Made by a program: the position numbers and the translations under genes. From IMG/VR virus record IMGVR_UViG_3300020187_000002: a DNA stretch of 55,181 nt; one strand, 5' to 3'. Origin of the DNA: a virus. Positions 35,010-44,517 of this stretch are shown here, piece by piece (the stretch's first letter is position 1; every line of letters begins with the position of its first letter). The notes under the pieces are model-generated. The model was not told the origin of the DNA, searched no databases, and worked only from the letters and a program-made list of their open reading frames with translations.

Positions 35010-37451
35010 ATGGCAAATGGTAAACCAAACGCAGGATTGATGGACGTACCATCACAGTTAGACCCGGAAGATTTAGCGGCTGAAGTAGAGATTGAGTTGC
35101 CGGATAGTGCTAACGTGGTTATGGCAGACATTGAAGCTGAAGATGTTGGCTCCATTGAGATAAGCCCAGAAGATGATGGCGGTGTCATCATTGATTTTGA
35201 CCCACAGGACCAGCGTGGTGTCAGTGAAGATTTTTATGCTAACTTGGCAGAAGAGATGCCAGACAGAGAGTTGGCACGTATTTCCAGTGATTTGTTAGGT
35301 GAGTTTGATGCTAACAAAGCAAGTCGCCAAGAGTGGGAAGATGCTTACACTAACGGTCTGGAGCTTTTGGGCTTTACTTACGATGAGCGCACTCAGCCTT
35401 TTCGTGGAGCCTCCGCAGTAACACATCCACTGCTTGCTGAAGCTGCCACACAGTTTCAAGCGCAAGCTTTTAACGAGCTTTTACCTGCTTCGGGTCCCGT
35501 CCGTACTGTAGTAATGGGCAAAGATTCGACTTCTAAGAACCAGCAAGCCAAGCGTGTACGTCAGTTCATGAACTACTACATCACGAGTGTGATGGAAGAA
35601 TACACACCTGATATGGATCAGATGTTGTTTTATCTCCCATTAGCCGGTTCTACGTTTAAAAAGACTTATTTTGATGAAACGCTAGGTCGTGCGGTATCTA
35701 AGTTTGTCCCTGCGGAGAACTTGGTTGTCCCGTATGAGACCTCGGACCTCGAAACATGCCCTAACATTACGCAAGTGGTGCGTATGTCGCTTAACGATCT
35801 GCGCAAACGTCAGATTGCAGGCACGTATTTAGACGTTGAGGTTCTCCCTGCACAGAAAGAAATGTCTGATTTAGAGGGTGAAATGGACCGTATCGAAGGT
35901 ATGGAGCCTAACCAGATAGATTATGACTGCACAATTTTAGAATGCCACGTTGATTTAGATTTGGAAGGTTACGAAGAGCTAGATACTGACGGCGAACCTA
36001 CAGGAATTAAGATTCCTTACGTTGTAACGATTTCTGAGGACAACGGTCAAATTCTTTCGATTCGTCGTAACTACCAAGAAGACGACGAGTTAAAGAAAAA
36101 AATACAATACTTCACCCACTTTAAGTTTTTACCGGGATTTGGTTTTTACGGGTTAGGTTTAATACACACTATTGGTGGTTTGTCACGAACTGCCACAGCG
36201 GCTTTGCGACAGTTAATCGACGCCGGTACGTTGTCCAACCTCCCAGCAGGCTTCAAGGCCCGCGGACTACGGATCAGGGACGATGACGATCCGTTGCAGC
36301 CCGGTGAGTTCAGAGATGTGGACGCACCCGGAGGGGCTATACGTGACAGCCTTATGCCGTTGCCATTTAAGGGTCCTGACCAGACGTTATTTCAGTTGTT
36401 GGGCTTTGTTGTAGAAGCCGGTCAGCGTTTTGCGACGATCACGGACCTTAAAGTAGGTGATGGTAATCAGCAGGCTGCTGTTGGTACAACCATTGCTATG
36501 ATGGAGCAGGGTACTCGTGTAATGAGTGCTGTGCATAAGCGTTTGCATTACGCAATGAGGCAGGAGTTTAAAATTCTTGCGCGTGTAATGTCAGAAAGTT
36601 TGCCACAACAGTATCCGTATACGGTGCCGGGTGGCGATGAAACTATCATGCGAGAGGACTTTGATGACCGTGTAGACGTAGTTCCGGTCAGCAATCCTAA
36701 TGTATTTAGCCAAGCGCAACGTATTATTATGGCGCAGACTAAACTACAACTGGCGTCACAAGCGCCGGAGCTTCACAATTTAAACGAAGTGTATCGGGAC
36801 ATGTACGAGGCACTTGGCGTAACTGACGTTGACCGTATTATGAAAGCGGTTCCGACAGATGAGCCTGTACCTATTGATCCGGCACAAGAAAACATTAATG
36901 CTTTAGACATGTTAGAGCTACATGCTTTTGAAGGACAAAACCATCAGGCGCACATTACTGCGCACTTGGTATTTGGCGCGTCGCCCATGGTTGGTGGTAT
37001 GCCGCCTGTTGCTATAAGCTTGCAGAAGCATGTTATGGAACACGTACAAATTGCAGCTAAAGAACAAGCCGCTGTTGCCTATTTACAACAAGTGCAACAA
37101 AAAGGTGGCCAACCTGCAACAGATGACGAAATGTTAGAAGTTGAGAAGATGACTGCTCAGTTTGTAGCAGAAGGCTTGCAGCAGGTTAAACAACTATCTG
37201 GCGAACTGTCAGGTGCTGGGGCCCCTGATCCGTTGGTTCAGCTTAAAGAGCAAGAGCTACAGATTAAGGCACAAGGCGATCAGGCCGATCAAGCGATTGA
37301 CCAAGCCAAGGTTGAACTTGATGCACAGAATCAGCAGATGCGTGGTTCGCAGTTTGACAGGCGTTTGGCTTCACAAGAAGCACAAACACAGGCACGTATC
37401 CAGTCTGCGATGGAGCGTGAGATATTGAAACAAAGAGGAGATAACCAATGA
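35010..37451 (+). CDS. Portal protein (with long C-terminal coiled-coil extension)
   Basis: 813 aa, immediately downstream of terL. Acidic N-terminus. The C-terminal ~90 aa is a Q/E/K-rich helix, as in barrel-bearing portals. Called on position and size. Confidence 0.75.
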   Translation: MANGKPNAGLMDVPSQLDPEDLAAEVEIELPDSANVVMADIEAEDVGSIEISPEDDGGVIIDFDPQDQRGVSEDFYANLAEEMPDRELARISSDLLGEFDANKASRQEWEDAYTNGLELLGFTYDERTQPFRGASAVTHPLLAEAATQFQAQAFNELLPASGPVRTVVMGKDSTSKNQQAKRVRQFMNYYITSVMEEYTPDMDQMLFYLPLAGSTFKKTYFDETLGRAVSKFVPAENLVVPYETSDLETCPNITQVVRMSLNDLRKRQIAGTYLDVEVLPAQKEMSDLEGEMDRIEGMEPNQIDYDCTILECHVDLDLEGYEELDTDGEPTGIKIPYVVTISEDNGQILSIRRNYQEDDELKKKIQYFTHFKFLPGFGFYGLGLIHTIGGLSRTATAALRQLIDAGTLSNLPAGFKARGLRIRDDDDPLQPGEFRDVDAPGGAIRDSLMPLPFKGPDQTLFQLLGFVVEAGQRFATITDLKVGDGNQQAAVGTTIAMMEQGTRVMSAVHKRLHYAMRQEFKILARVMSESLPQQYPYTVPGGDETIMREDFDDRVDVVPVSNPNVFSQAQRIIMAQTKLQLASQAPELHNLNEVYRDMYEALGVTDVDRIMKAVPTDEPVPIDPAQENINALDMLELHAFEGQNHQAHITAHLVFGASPMVGGMPPVAISLQKHVMEHVQIAAKEQAAVAYLQQVQQKGGQPATDDEMLEVEKMTAQFVAEGLQQVKQLSGELSGAGAPDPLVQLKEQELQIKAQGDQADQAIDQAKVELDAQNQQMRGSQFDRRLASQEAQTQARIQSAMEREILKQRGDNQ

Positions 37452-37669
37452 AGGGTAAAGTAAAAGTAAACGGTTCAGCACCGAAAAACCCACCAAAGCC
37501 GGTGGAGTATGCACAGATTGATAAACAGGGTCGTATTCCCTACGGCAAGACTGCAAATGTCTCTGTACCAAAATCTGTTGTAGATTATAATGGCGCATCG
37601 CCTACCAAAAGAGAAACCGCTCGTGGCATGGGTGCCGCGAAACGTGGTGGTAGTTACATAGGTTGTTAA
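37448..37669 (+). CDS. Small basic protein
   Basis: 73 aa with ATGA coupling to the portal gene. C-terminus '[16 protein letters not shown]'. Confidence 0.5.
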   Translation: MKGKVKVNGSAPKNPPKPVEYAQIDKQGRIPYGKTANVSVPKSVVDYNGASPTKRETARGMGAAKRGGSYIGC

Positions 37670-37670
37670 G

Positions 37671-37874
37671 ATGCCGTTAAAGAAAGGTAGTAGCAACAAA
37701 ACAAAAAGCCAGAACATCAAGAAGTTGATGGACGAAGGCTATGAACAGAATCAAGCAGTTGCTATTGCTTTGTCTAAGGCTGGGGAAACGCCTGCCAAGC
37801 GTATGGCACGTGGCGGAATGGTAAAGGGTTTTAGCCCAATTGCGCGGCCACAACGTTTTCAAGGAGTTTTTTGA
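37671..37874 (+). CDS. Small basic protein
   Basis: 67 aa. '[21 protein letters not shown]'. Confidence 0.5.
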   Translation: MPLKKGSSNKTKSQNIKKLMDEGYEQNQAVAIALSKAGETPAKRMARGGMVKGFSPIARPQRFQGVF

Positions 37875-40561
37875 TGGCACGAAGAGGAAGAGGCAAAATA
37901 AAAGAGCCTCGTATACCAACAACTAAAACGGCACCAACCGTAAAAAGAACACCTATTAATGTTGCTGAAACGGGCATAGATTTTAGCGCGGTTATGCCGT
38001 CGCCAGTTGCTCCATCACCTGCTGTAGCGCCTACGCCTGCTCCACCTCCGGCGACTCCGGCACCTGTACCGGTTCCACAAATTGATCCGGCTGTTCTGGC
38101 TCAGATACAACAACAGTTTAATTTGCCAGCGCCTGTTGCTCCACCGGCACCGGTAGAAATAGCACCACCGCCTGCGCCTGTGGCACAAGAGTTTTCGTTA
38201 CCGCCTCGGAGAATATCGGAACCTGTTTCTCAGCCAGCCCCTGTACCTGAAGCTGTTCAGCCACCGGCAGCAGTAGCACCACCTAGAATTGAAGAACCAC
38301 CAAAGGCACCGGTAGCGCCTCCTGCACCACCGGTTAAAGTGCCGTTACCTCCTGTTCAAGATACAGCACCGGTAATGCCGCCTCCTTTGCCAACACCTGT
38401 AAATCCCCCAAAAGTTATACCGGGTGAGTCAGGCCCTATTATTGCAAACCCGAACGAGCCTATTGCTCCACCACCTGTTCAGGTTCCACCACCTGTAGTG
38501 CAACCGGCCCCGCCGCCTCCGCCACCACCGGCAGCGGTAGCTCCACCGCCACCGGCAGTACCTGAGATTTCTCCAGAGGTTTTAGCGCAGATACAACAAC
38601 AATTTAATATTCCGGCTGCGCCACCGCAACCGCCTGTAGCGCCCCCTGTACAAGTGCCTCCACCGGTTATGCAACCTGCTCCGCCACCGGCAGCAGTAGC
38701 ACCTCCACCCCCGCCTGTTCAGGTTCCACCACCTACTTTTGTAGATGAGTTTGAAGAGCCTTTGAACATGGACGGTATGCGTGGTGGTATTGGTAGTTTG
38801 CCGGAGGCTCCGCCAGAAGCAGTTGCTCCACCGCCTGTGCAAGTACCGCCACCTGTCGTACAACCAGAAACACCTACAAATCAACGTTTCACGGCAGAAG
38901 ATTTGGTTAGCCAATACAATAATTCTCCGGGCGCACAGGACTTTAGCTTAACTGCTACATACGACCCTGCGACTAATACGTTTACTGAAGACGTAAGTGC
39001 TTTTGGGTTTGAAGGAGACGCTGCTACTAACACATACACTCCTGAAGAGTTTATAAATAAACTAGGTTATGAGTCGGCTAATACATCGTTTACGCCTCCT
39101 CCAGACGCCTTAGTAAACATGTATAACAACTCGCCGGGCGCACAGGACTTTAGCTTAACTGCTACTTATGATCCGGAAACCAATACCTACACTGAAGACG
39201 TAAGTGCTTTTGGTTTTGAAGGCGATGCCGCTACCAACACGTATACGCCTGAAGAGTTTATGGACAGGCTGGGCTACGGTGATCCGCAGCCTGCGCCTGA
39301 ACCCGCCGTAACACCTACAATTGATCCGTCTTTGTACAGTGATCCTGAATTAGGTAGAGGTGTTGAACTCGGTTTTGGTGATACTCGTGGGGGGTCGCCT
39401 ATGAGCCCCAGAGAACTAATGGGTTCTAACTATATTGAACCTAGAGATGGTCTCGGTCAGGTGCCTCCCGGTCAAAGAGTAGATGTAAGCGAGCCAACAG
39501 GCATTGAAACCATGGCCGAGTCTGTAGGACAAGGTGATTATCTTGGTGAAAGCACCGATACCATATCCTTACCTGACGGCAGCACCTTTGATCTAACTAA
39601 CTTAGATTTAAGTGGTATCGACATAGGCGGATTTGGCAGTATGTCTGAAGGGTTTGACTTAAATAATGTTAATGTCGGCGGCGTAGACCCTTCTTTGTAT
39701 AGCGATCCAGAATTAGGTGGAGGGACTCGTGGAGAACCTTTACCGGATACAAGGGGTGGCGGACCGGGCTTTGATCCATTTGCGGGCGTTACTGGCGGGC
39801 TTGGTCCCGGTGGTTACGGTCCAGAAGGTGGTGGTTTTTCACCGGAAACCGAACCAGCATTTAACCCGCCACAAGGCGCTGTAGATGAAGCGGTTGGCAC
39901 TACCTACACCCCAGAGTTTGCATTTGACCCCGGTTTAGATTTTAGCGGCCTTGATCTATCAGGTTTAAACCTTAACCTTGGAGAAGGGTTTGACGCCAAC
40001 GGTTTTGAAGGAGACTTTACCTTTGGTGGTCCCGGACAAGGTGGTCCTAACGGTGGACCCGGAATGGGCAATGGTCCCGGTAATACCATGGGTAATCAAG
40101 GCGGTGACCAAGGGAACCAAGGCGGTGATCCGTACAACCCCACCGTAAACGACACGGACAACCCGTATCCATTTATTCCGGCAGGCATTGACACCAGTCA
40201 GATGACACCGGACATGCTTGCAGGACTTAATACGTTTTATGAAAACGGCGGTGTTGAAGGACTTAACTTAAACCTCGGAGGCTTGTTCGGCGGCAGTTAT
40301 ACTGGACCGGTTGGCACAGGCTCCACGGGTGGCAGCTATACGGTAGACCCTGTAGACCCTGTTGGAGACTTAGGTGTAGGTGATGATACCGGCGACGCGA
40401 GCGACCCTATTGACGTGACTACACCCTATGTTCCGCCTAATGTTCGTTCAGCCAGTTCGTATGGTTTGACCGGAGTCACACCAACAAGGCCTGTTGGCCC
40501 TAACCCCTTCCAAAGACCCGAATCACAACAGGGGCTGGGTTCGTTAGCTGGGGGTGGTTAA
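37874..40561 (+). CDS. Pro-rich / Gly-Asp-rich 895-aa virion-associated protein
   Basis: ATG at 37874 (TGATG coupling). About 330 aa of 'APPPVQVPPPVVQPAPPP'-type sequence, a 69-aa duplicated module, and a G/D/P-rich C-half. Confidence 0.65.
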   Translation: MARRGRGKIKEPRIPTTKTAPTVKRTPINVAETGIDFSAVMPSPVAPSPAVAPTPAPPPATPAPVPVPQIDPAVLAQIQQQFNLPAPVAPPAPVEIAPPPAPVAQEFSLPPRRISEPVSQPAPVPEAVQPPAAVAPPRIEEPPKAPVAPPAPPVKVPLPPVQDTAPVMPPPLPTPVNPPKVIPGESGPIIANPNEPIAPPPVQVPPPVVQPAPPPPPPPAAVAPPPPAVPEISPEVLAQIQQQFNIPAAPPQPPVAPPVQVPPPVMQPAPPPAAVAPPPPPVQVPPPTFVDEFEEPLNMDGMRGGIGSLPEAPPEAVAPPPVQVPPPVVQPETPTNQRFTAEDLVSQYNNSPGAQDFSLTATYDPATNTFTEDVSAFGFEGDAATNTYTPEEFINKLGYESANTSFTPPPDALVNMYNNSPGAQDFSLTATYDPETNTYTEDVSAFGFEGDAATNTYTPEEFMDRLGYGDPQPAPEPAVTPTIDPSLYSDPELGRGVELGFGDTRGGSPMSPRELMGSNYIEPRDGLGQVPPGQRVDVSEPTGIETMAESVGQGDYLGESTDTISLPDGSTFDLTNLDLSGIDIGGFGSMSEGFDLNNVNVGGVDPSLYSDPELGGGTRGEPLPDTRGGGPGFDPFAGVTGGLGPGGYGPEGGGFSPETEPAFNPPQGAVDEAVGTTYTPEFAFDPGLDFSGLDLSGLNLNLGEGFDANGFEGDFTFGGPGQGGPNGGPGMGNGPGNTMGNQGGDQGNQGGDPYNPTVNDTDNPYPFIPAGIDTSQMTPDMLAGLNTFYENGGVEGLNLNLGGLFGGSYTGPVGTGSTGGSYTVDPVDPVGDLGVGDDTGDASDPIDVTTPYVPPNVRSASSYGLTGVTPTRPVGPNPFQRPESQQGLGSLAGGG

Positions 40562-40635
40562 AACTATCGACGACCTATGTAAAATTATGTAAAGTTAATT
40601 TAACTTTTTACTATTTTATGTAGGGGCAATTTTAT

Positions 40636-41091
40636 TTGTTAGCTGAACTAGCCGCTTTTAACGCAGGCTTTGCCGTAGTAAAACAAGTCGTGGCTAATGG
40701 CCGCGATCTTTCTGATGCCATGGGCGCTATCGGAAAGATGGTGGGTGCCAAAGAGGACCTTAAACGTCGGGGCGATAAGAAAAAGAACAGTTTGTTCTCT
40801 GCGTTGGGTGGTAAAACAGAGGATGATTTTGAAGAGTTTATGGCTCTTGAAAAAATCAAGACAATAGAAACCGAATTAATTTCGATGATGCGCTTGTACG
40901 GTCGGCCCGGATTGTATGATGACTGGGTTCGTTTTCAAGCCGAAGCTCGTAAGAAACGTAGACAAGAAGCTTTGGAAATTAAAGCTCGTAAAGCTAGAAA
41001 CATGGAATATTTAGGCTGGGCTATTGCAATTACCATGATCGTAGGTGGCTTTGTTGGATTAATGTTTTGGGTAAAATGGTTAGCCGCCTAA
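40636..41091 (+). CDS. Tail-anchored membrane protein (lysis-cassette neighbour)
   Basis: 151 aa, TTG start, with a C-terminal TM 'WAIAITMIVGGFVGLMFWV'. Confidence 0.45.
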   Translation: MLAELAAFNAGFAVVKQVVANGRDLSDAMGAIGKMVGAKEDLKRRGDKKKNSLFSALGGKTEDDFEEFMALEKIKTIETELISMMRLYGRPGLYDDWVRFQAEARKKRRQEALEIKARKARNMEYLGWAIAITMIVGGFVGLMFWVKWLAA

Positions 41092-41164
41092 AAAGTAATA
41101 AGACTCTTTATTTATATTCCGTTTAGATATAAGATAAAATGTGTAAAGTCGCAGGAGGCTATTT

Positions 41165-41536
41165 ATGTTACAGCAACTTATAGGTCCTGTTTCAGGATTG
41201 TTAGACAAGTTTATTGAAGATAAAGATCAAAAAGCAAAGCTGGCCCATGAGATTGGGACCATGGCAGAAAAACATGGGCAGGAGATTGCCCTTGCGCAGA
41301 TTGCGCTAAATACCGCTGATGCTAAAGGTAACTTTTTCCAATCTTCTTGGAGACCTTTATGCGGGCATGTTTGCGTTCTTGGTTTAGCCGTCAATTTTTT
41401 AATTTCTCCAATTGCCGCGGGTTTTGGCATAACAGTGCCACAAGCGGACATGTCAGTAATGATGCCTGTGTTGATGGGAATGTTGGGTCTAGGGGGACTC
41501 AGATCATTCGAGAAAACTAAAGGTGTTGCTAAGTGA
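41165..41536 (+). CDS. Holin (GTA-type 3-TM holin family-like)
   Basis: 123 aa. 'GPVSGLLDKFIEDKDQKAKLAHE' followed by hydrophobic helices resembles PF11351 from memory. Lies two genes upstream of the endolysin. Confidence 0.6.
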   Translation: MLQQLIGPVSGLLDKFIEDKDQKAKLAHEIGTMAEKHGQEIALAQIALNTADAKGNFFQSSWRPLCGHVCVLGLAVNFLISPIAAGFGITVPQADMSVMMPVLMGMLGLGGLRSFEKTKGVAK

Positions 41537-41880
41537 ATAAGTTAAAACTCTGGGCACAAAAATTTAGCGAAGCGTGGACCGCTTGCATGTTGTGTATGGT
41601 TCAGGGTGATCTGACAGTGCTGACATTGAATCACGCACTTACCGCCTCTAAAACAGGAAGTATTGCGGGTATTGCTTTTGTAATTACCACTACGTTTGCT
41701 TCTATAAATAATAAGTGGGCTAACTTATGGCTTACAGGTTTGTTAACGATGTTGGCAGATATTGTTGCGCATCCCACACATTTTGGCCCTCAATGGGCAG
41801 AAGCGGCTTGCACGGGGTTAGGTGCGGCAATGCTTTGTTACTTATTGGAAAGGAAACAGAATGGCGTTTCGATTATCTAA
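41533..41880 (+). CDS. Multi-TM membrane protein (possible second holin/antiholin)
   Basis: 115 aa with 3-4 hydrophobic segments. 4-nt overlap with the holin gene and 20-nt overlap with the endolysin gene. Confidence 0.5.
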   Translation: MNKLKLWAQKFSEAWTACMLCMVQGDLTVLTLNHALTASKTGSIAGIAFVITTTFASINNKWANLWLTGLLTMLADIVAHPTHFGPQWAEAACTGLGAAMLCYLLERKQNGVSII

Positions 41881-42331
41881 CCGCAGTCTTGGAAAGCTTG
41901 ATGGGGTACACCCCAAGCTTGTCGAAGTTGTAAAACTTGCAATTACTTATACGTCTGTAGACTTTGGCGTAACTTATGGTGTTCGTTCTTTTGAAGAACA
42001 AGAACGTTTGTATAAGTCCGGGCGTTCTCAAACAATGAAATCAAAACACTTGGTCCAAGAGGATGGGTTTTGTCACGCTGTAGACGTGGTTGCCTATGAT
42101 GGCTCAGACGTGGTTTGGGAAATAAACGTGTACGATGACATTTGTGATGCTTTTAGAAAAGCAGCAATAGAAGTTGGTATCTCAATAAAGTGGGGTGCAG
42201 CTTGGTCCGAAGGTGATATTCGCGGTTATGAAGGCACGGCAGAAGATGCCATGAACGCTTACATTGACTTGCGTAGAAGCCAAGGGCGTAGACCTTTTAT
42301 AGATGGACCTCATTTCGAGATAATCGCATAA
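41861..42331 (+). CDS. Endolysin, M15-family L-alanyl-D-glutamate peptidase (T5-endolysin-like)
   Basis: ATG at 41861 (RBS GGAAAGGAAA). 'SKHLVQEDGFCHAVDV' and 'DGPHFEI' are the Zn-ligand motifs, and the sequence aligns along its length with the T5 endolysin as I recall it. Confidence 0.85.
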   Translation: MAFRLSNRSLGKLDGVHPKLVEVVKLAITYTSVDFGVTYGVRSFEEQERLYKSGRSQTMKSKHLVQEDGFCHAVDVVAYDGSDVVWEINVYDDICDAFRKAAIEVGISIKWGAAWSEGDIRGYEGTAEDAMNAYIDLRRSQGRRPFIDGPHFEIIA

Positions 42332-42412
42332 AGTAACACTTTGTCCTAGCACATCCTATACATACTGTGCTACGATAATATCGGACATTGTTTGATATTA
42401 TGCGAGGGGTGA

Positions 42413-42610
42413 ATGGAAGACATTTATTTGGCCGAGGCGGTTTTTAGAATCTTGAGAGAAAGACGCCAAGGTATAATAGACTTAATGATATATGGTAATG
42501 TTAAGTCTATGGAGCAATATCGTGAGCTTATGGGCAATCTGGAATGTCTAAATCACGTGGAACAGGAACTCAAGAGCCTGCTAGATAAACAGGAGCGATC
42601 TAATGACTAA
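42413..42610 (+). CDS. Hypothetical small helical protein
   Basis: 65-aa ORF with RBS GAGGGG upstream. Confidence 0.45.
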   Translation: MEDIYLAEAVFRILRERRQGIIDLMIYGNVKSMEQYRELMGNLECLNHVEQELKSLLDKQERSND

Positions 42611-43118
42611 ATCTAAAATAGATTTGTCTGCCGCACCCAATGCTGCTTTTCAAATAGAAAGCGAATCGGGTCCGTCAGAACCAATCAAAAAAGCGCCAGA
42701 AAAGAAAGGCACTTCGCCTAACTTAGCGGACGCTTACACTGAAAAACCTCGTCTCAATCCTGAGATGATTGGTAAAACACTTCTGGATAGAATGCCGAGC
42801 CCTACCGGGTGGCGCATTTTAATTCTTCCGTATCAAGGCAAAGGGAAAACCGCAGGCGGTATTTTCTTACCCACCGATACAGTAGAAAAAAACCAAGTAT
42901 CAACACAAGTTGGCTATGTCTTAAAGGTAGGTCCTTTGGCTTACAAAGATAAAGACAAGTTTCCAACGGGTGCGTGGTGCGAAGAAAAGCAATGGGTAAT
43001 GTTTGCTCGCTATGCTGGTTCTAGGTTTCAAATAGACGGTGGTGAGGTTCGTATTCTTAACGATGACGAAATCTTATCTACCATTCTTGATCCTGAAGAT
43101 ATTCACCAATTAACGTAA
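42603..43118 (+). CDS. GroES/Cpn10-like co-chaperonin with ~70-aa N-terminal extension
   Basis: 'WRILILPYQGKGKTAGGIFLPTD...GYVLKVGP...WVMFARYAGSRFQIDGGEVRILNDDEILSTI' aligns with GroES 'RVIVKR..KSAGGIVL...VLAVG...DIVIF..YGV...IDNEEVLIMSESDILAIV'. Confidence 0.7.
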   Translation: MTKSKIDLSAAPNAAFQIESESGPSEPIKKAPEKKGTSPNLADAYTEKPRLNPEMIGKTLLDRMPSPTGWRILILPYQGKGKTAGGIFLPTDTVEKNQVSTQVGYVLKVGPLAYKDKDKFPTGAWCEEKQWVMFARYAGSRFQIDGGEVRILNDDEILSTILDPEDIHQLT

Positions 43119-43130
43119 GGAGAGATAATT

Positions 43131-43997
43131 ATGGCTGATGCCGAAAAAGAACAAGTCGAATTAGACTTGGGGGATTCACAAGAAACTGAAGTAGAAGTTT
43201 CTGAAGACCTTTCAAATGATAACGACCGTTCGTCTAATGATGACGATCAGTTTCAAAAAGCTGAAACCTCTACACAAAAGAGGATTGATAGGCTTACCAA
43301 GAAAATGCGAGAAGCCGAGCGGCGTGAGCAAGAAGCTATACGTTACGCTCAAGGCGTTCAAAGCGAATCGCAACAAATTAAACAGCGTATGCAGACATTG
43401 GACACGAATTACGTGTCTGAGTATAGCAACCGTGTGTCTACGCAAATGCAGCAAGCAGAGTCTGCTTTAGCGAGAGCCATTGAAATTGGCGATAGTCAAG
43501 CCACCGTAGAAGCGCAACGTGCGCTGACTGGTTTAGCTATACAAGCGGATCGTGCGGCACAAGCAAAAGCGCAATCTGCAAGGGCTCAACAACAAGCCCA
43601 AGCCGCGGCGCAGCAACAAGTTCGCCAGCCTATGCCTGCTCAACAGCCTAAAAGGCCAGACCCTAAAGCAGAGCAATGGGCCTTAAAAAATAGCTGGTTT
43701 GGCTCCGATGAAGCAATGACTTACGCTGCTTTCGGAATCCACAAAAAATTGGTGGAAGAAGAAGGATTTGACCCTCAGAGCGATGACTACTATACTGAGT
43801 TAGACAACCGTATTAATTCTAAGTTTAATATGGGTGCTACGGCTTCTAACAGACGACCCGCTCAGACGGTTGTAGGAGCCTCAAGAAATTCATCTGGGCG
43901 CAGTGGGAAAAAGGTTAGACTCACCCCTAGCCAAGTCGCAATAGCGAAGAAATTGGGTGTGCCGCTTGAAGAATATGCGAAATACGTGAAGGAGTAA
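43131..43997 (+). CDS. Scaffolding protein (putative)
   Basis: 288 aa, acidic N-terminus, long Q/A/E-rich helices, positioned upstream of the capsid genes. Confidence 0.55.
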   Translation: MADAEKEQVELDLGDSQETEVEVSEDLSNDNDRSSNDDDQFQKAETSTQKRIDRLTKKMREAERREQEAIRYAQGVQSESQQIKQRMQTLDTNYVSEYSNRVSTQMQQAESALARAIEIGDSQATVEAQRALTGLAIQADRAAQAKAQSARAQQQAQAAAQQQVRQPMPAQQPKRPDPKAEQWALKNSWFGSDEAMTYAAFGIHKKLVEEEGFDPQSDDYYTELDNRINSKFNMGATASNRRPAQTVVGASRNSSGRSGKKVRLTPSQVAIAKKLGVPLEEYAKYVKE

Positions 43998-44002
43998 AAG
44001 AG

Positions 44003-44488
44003 ATGACTGACCAAAATAATGAAATGGGTACTACCATCAAACGTACTGCTCGCGCAAACGAAACTCGGGAGAAAAAGGCGCTTCGTAAGCCTTGGGCTCC
44101 ACCGTCAATGTTAGATGCACCACCTGCCCCTGAAGGTTTTAAGCATCGTTGGATTCGCGCCGAAACGCGAGGATTCGATGATACAAAGAACATCAGTGCG
44201 AAAATGCGTGAAGGTTGGGAATTGGTCCGTAAGGATGAATACCCTGACTTTGAATCGCCCGTTGTCGAAACAGGTAAATATCAAGGTGTGTTTGGAGTAG
44301 GCGGACTGCTTCTTGCCAGAATACCGTTAGAAACCGTAGCCGAGAGGACTGATTACTTTAGTAAACGTAGTCAAGACCAAATGGAAGCGGTAGATCACGA
44401 TATGATGCGCGAGAATGCACACTCAACCATGAAGATCAGCAATGCTGATCGTCAATCTCGTGTAACCTTCGGTGGTCCAAAAAGATAA
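44003..44488 (+). CDS. Hypothetical head-module protein
   Basis: 161-aa ORF with RBS AAGGAG upstream. Confidence 0.55.
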   Translation: MTDQNNEMGTTIKRTARANETREKKALRKPWAPPSMLDAPPAPEGFKHRWIRAETRGFDDTKNISAKMREGWELVRKDEYPDFESPVVETGKYQGVFGVGGLLLARIPLETVAERTDYFSKRSQDQMEAVDHDMMRENAHSTMKISNADRQSRVTFGGPKR

Positions 44489-44517
44489 TGGACTGCCCTT
44501 ATTAGGAGAAACTAAAA

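Noticed and set aside
40562-41164. Shared 'ATGT(G)TAAAGT' words upstream of 40636 and 41165 as a phage-specific late promoter
   Set aside because: I found only two to three loose copies, with no consistent spacing to the start codons. The evidence is too weak to call.
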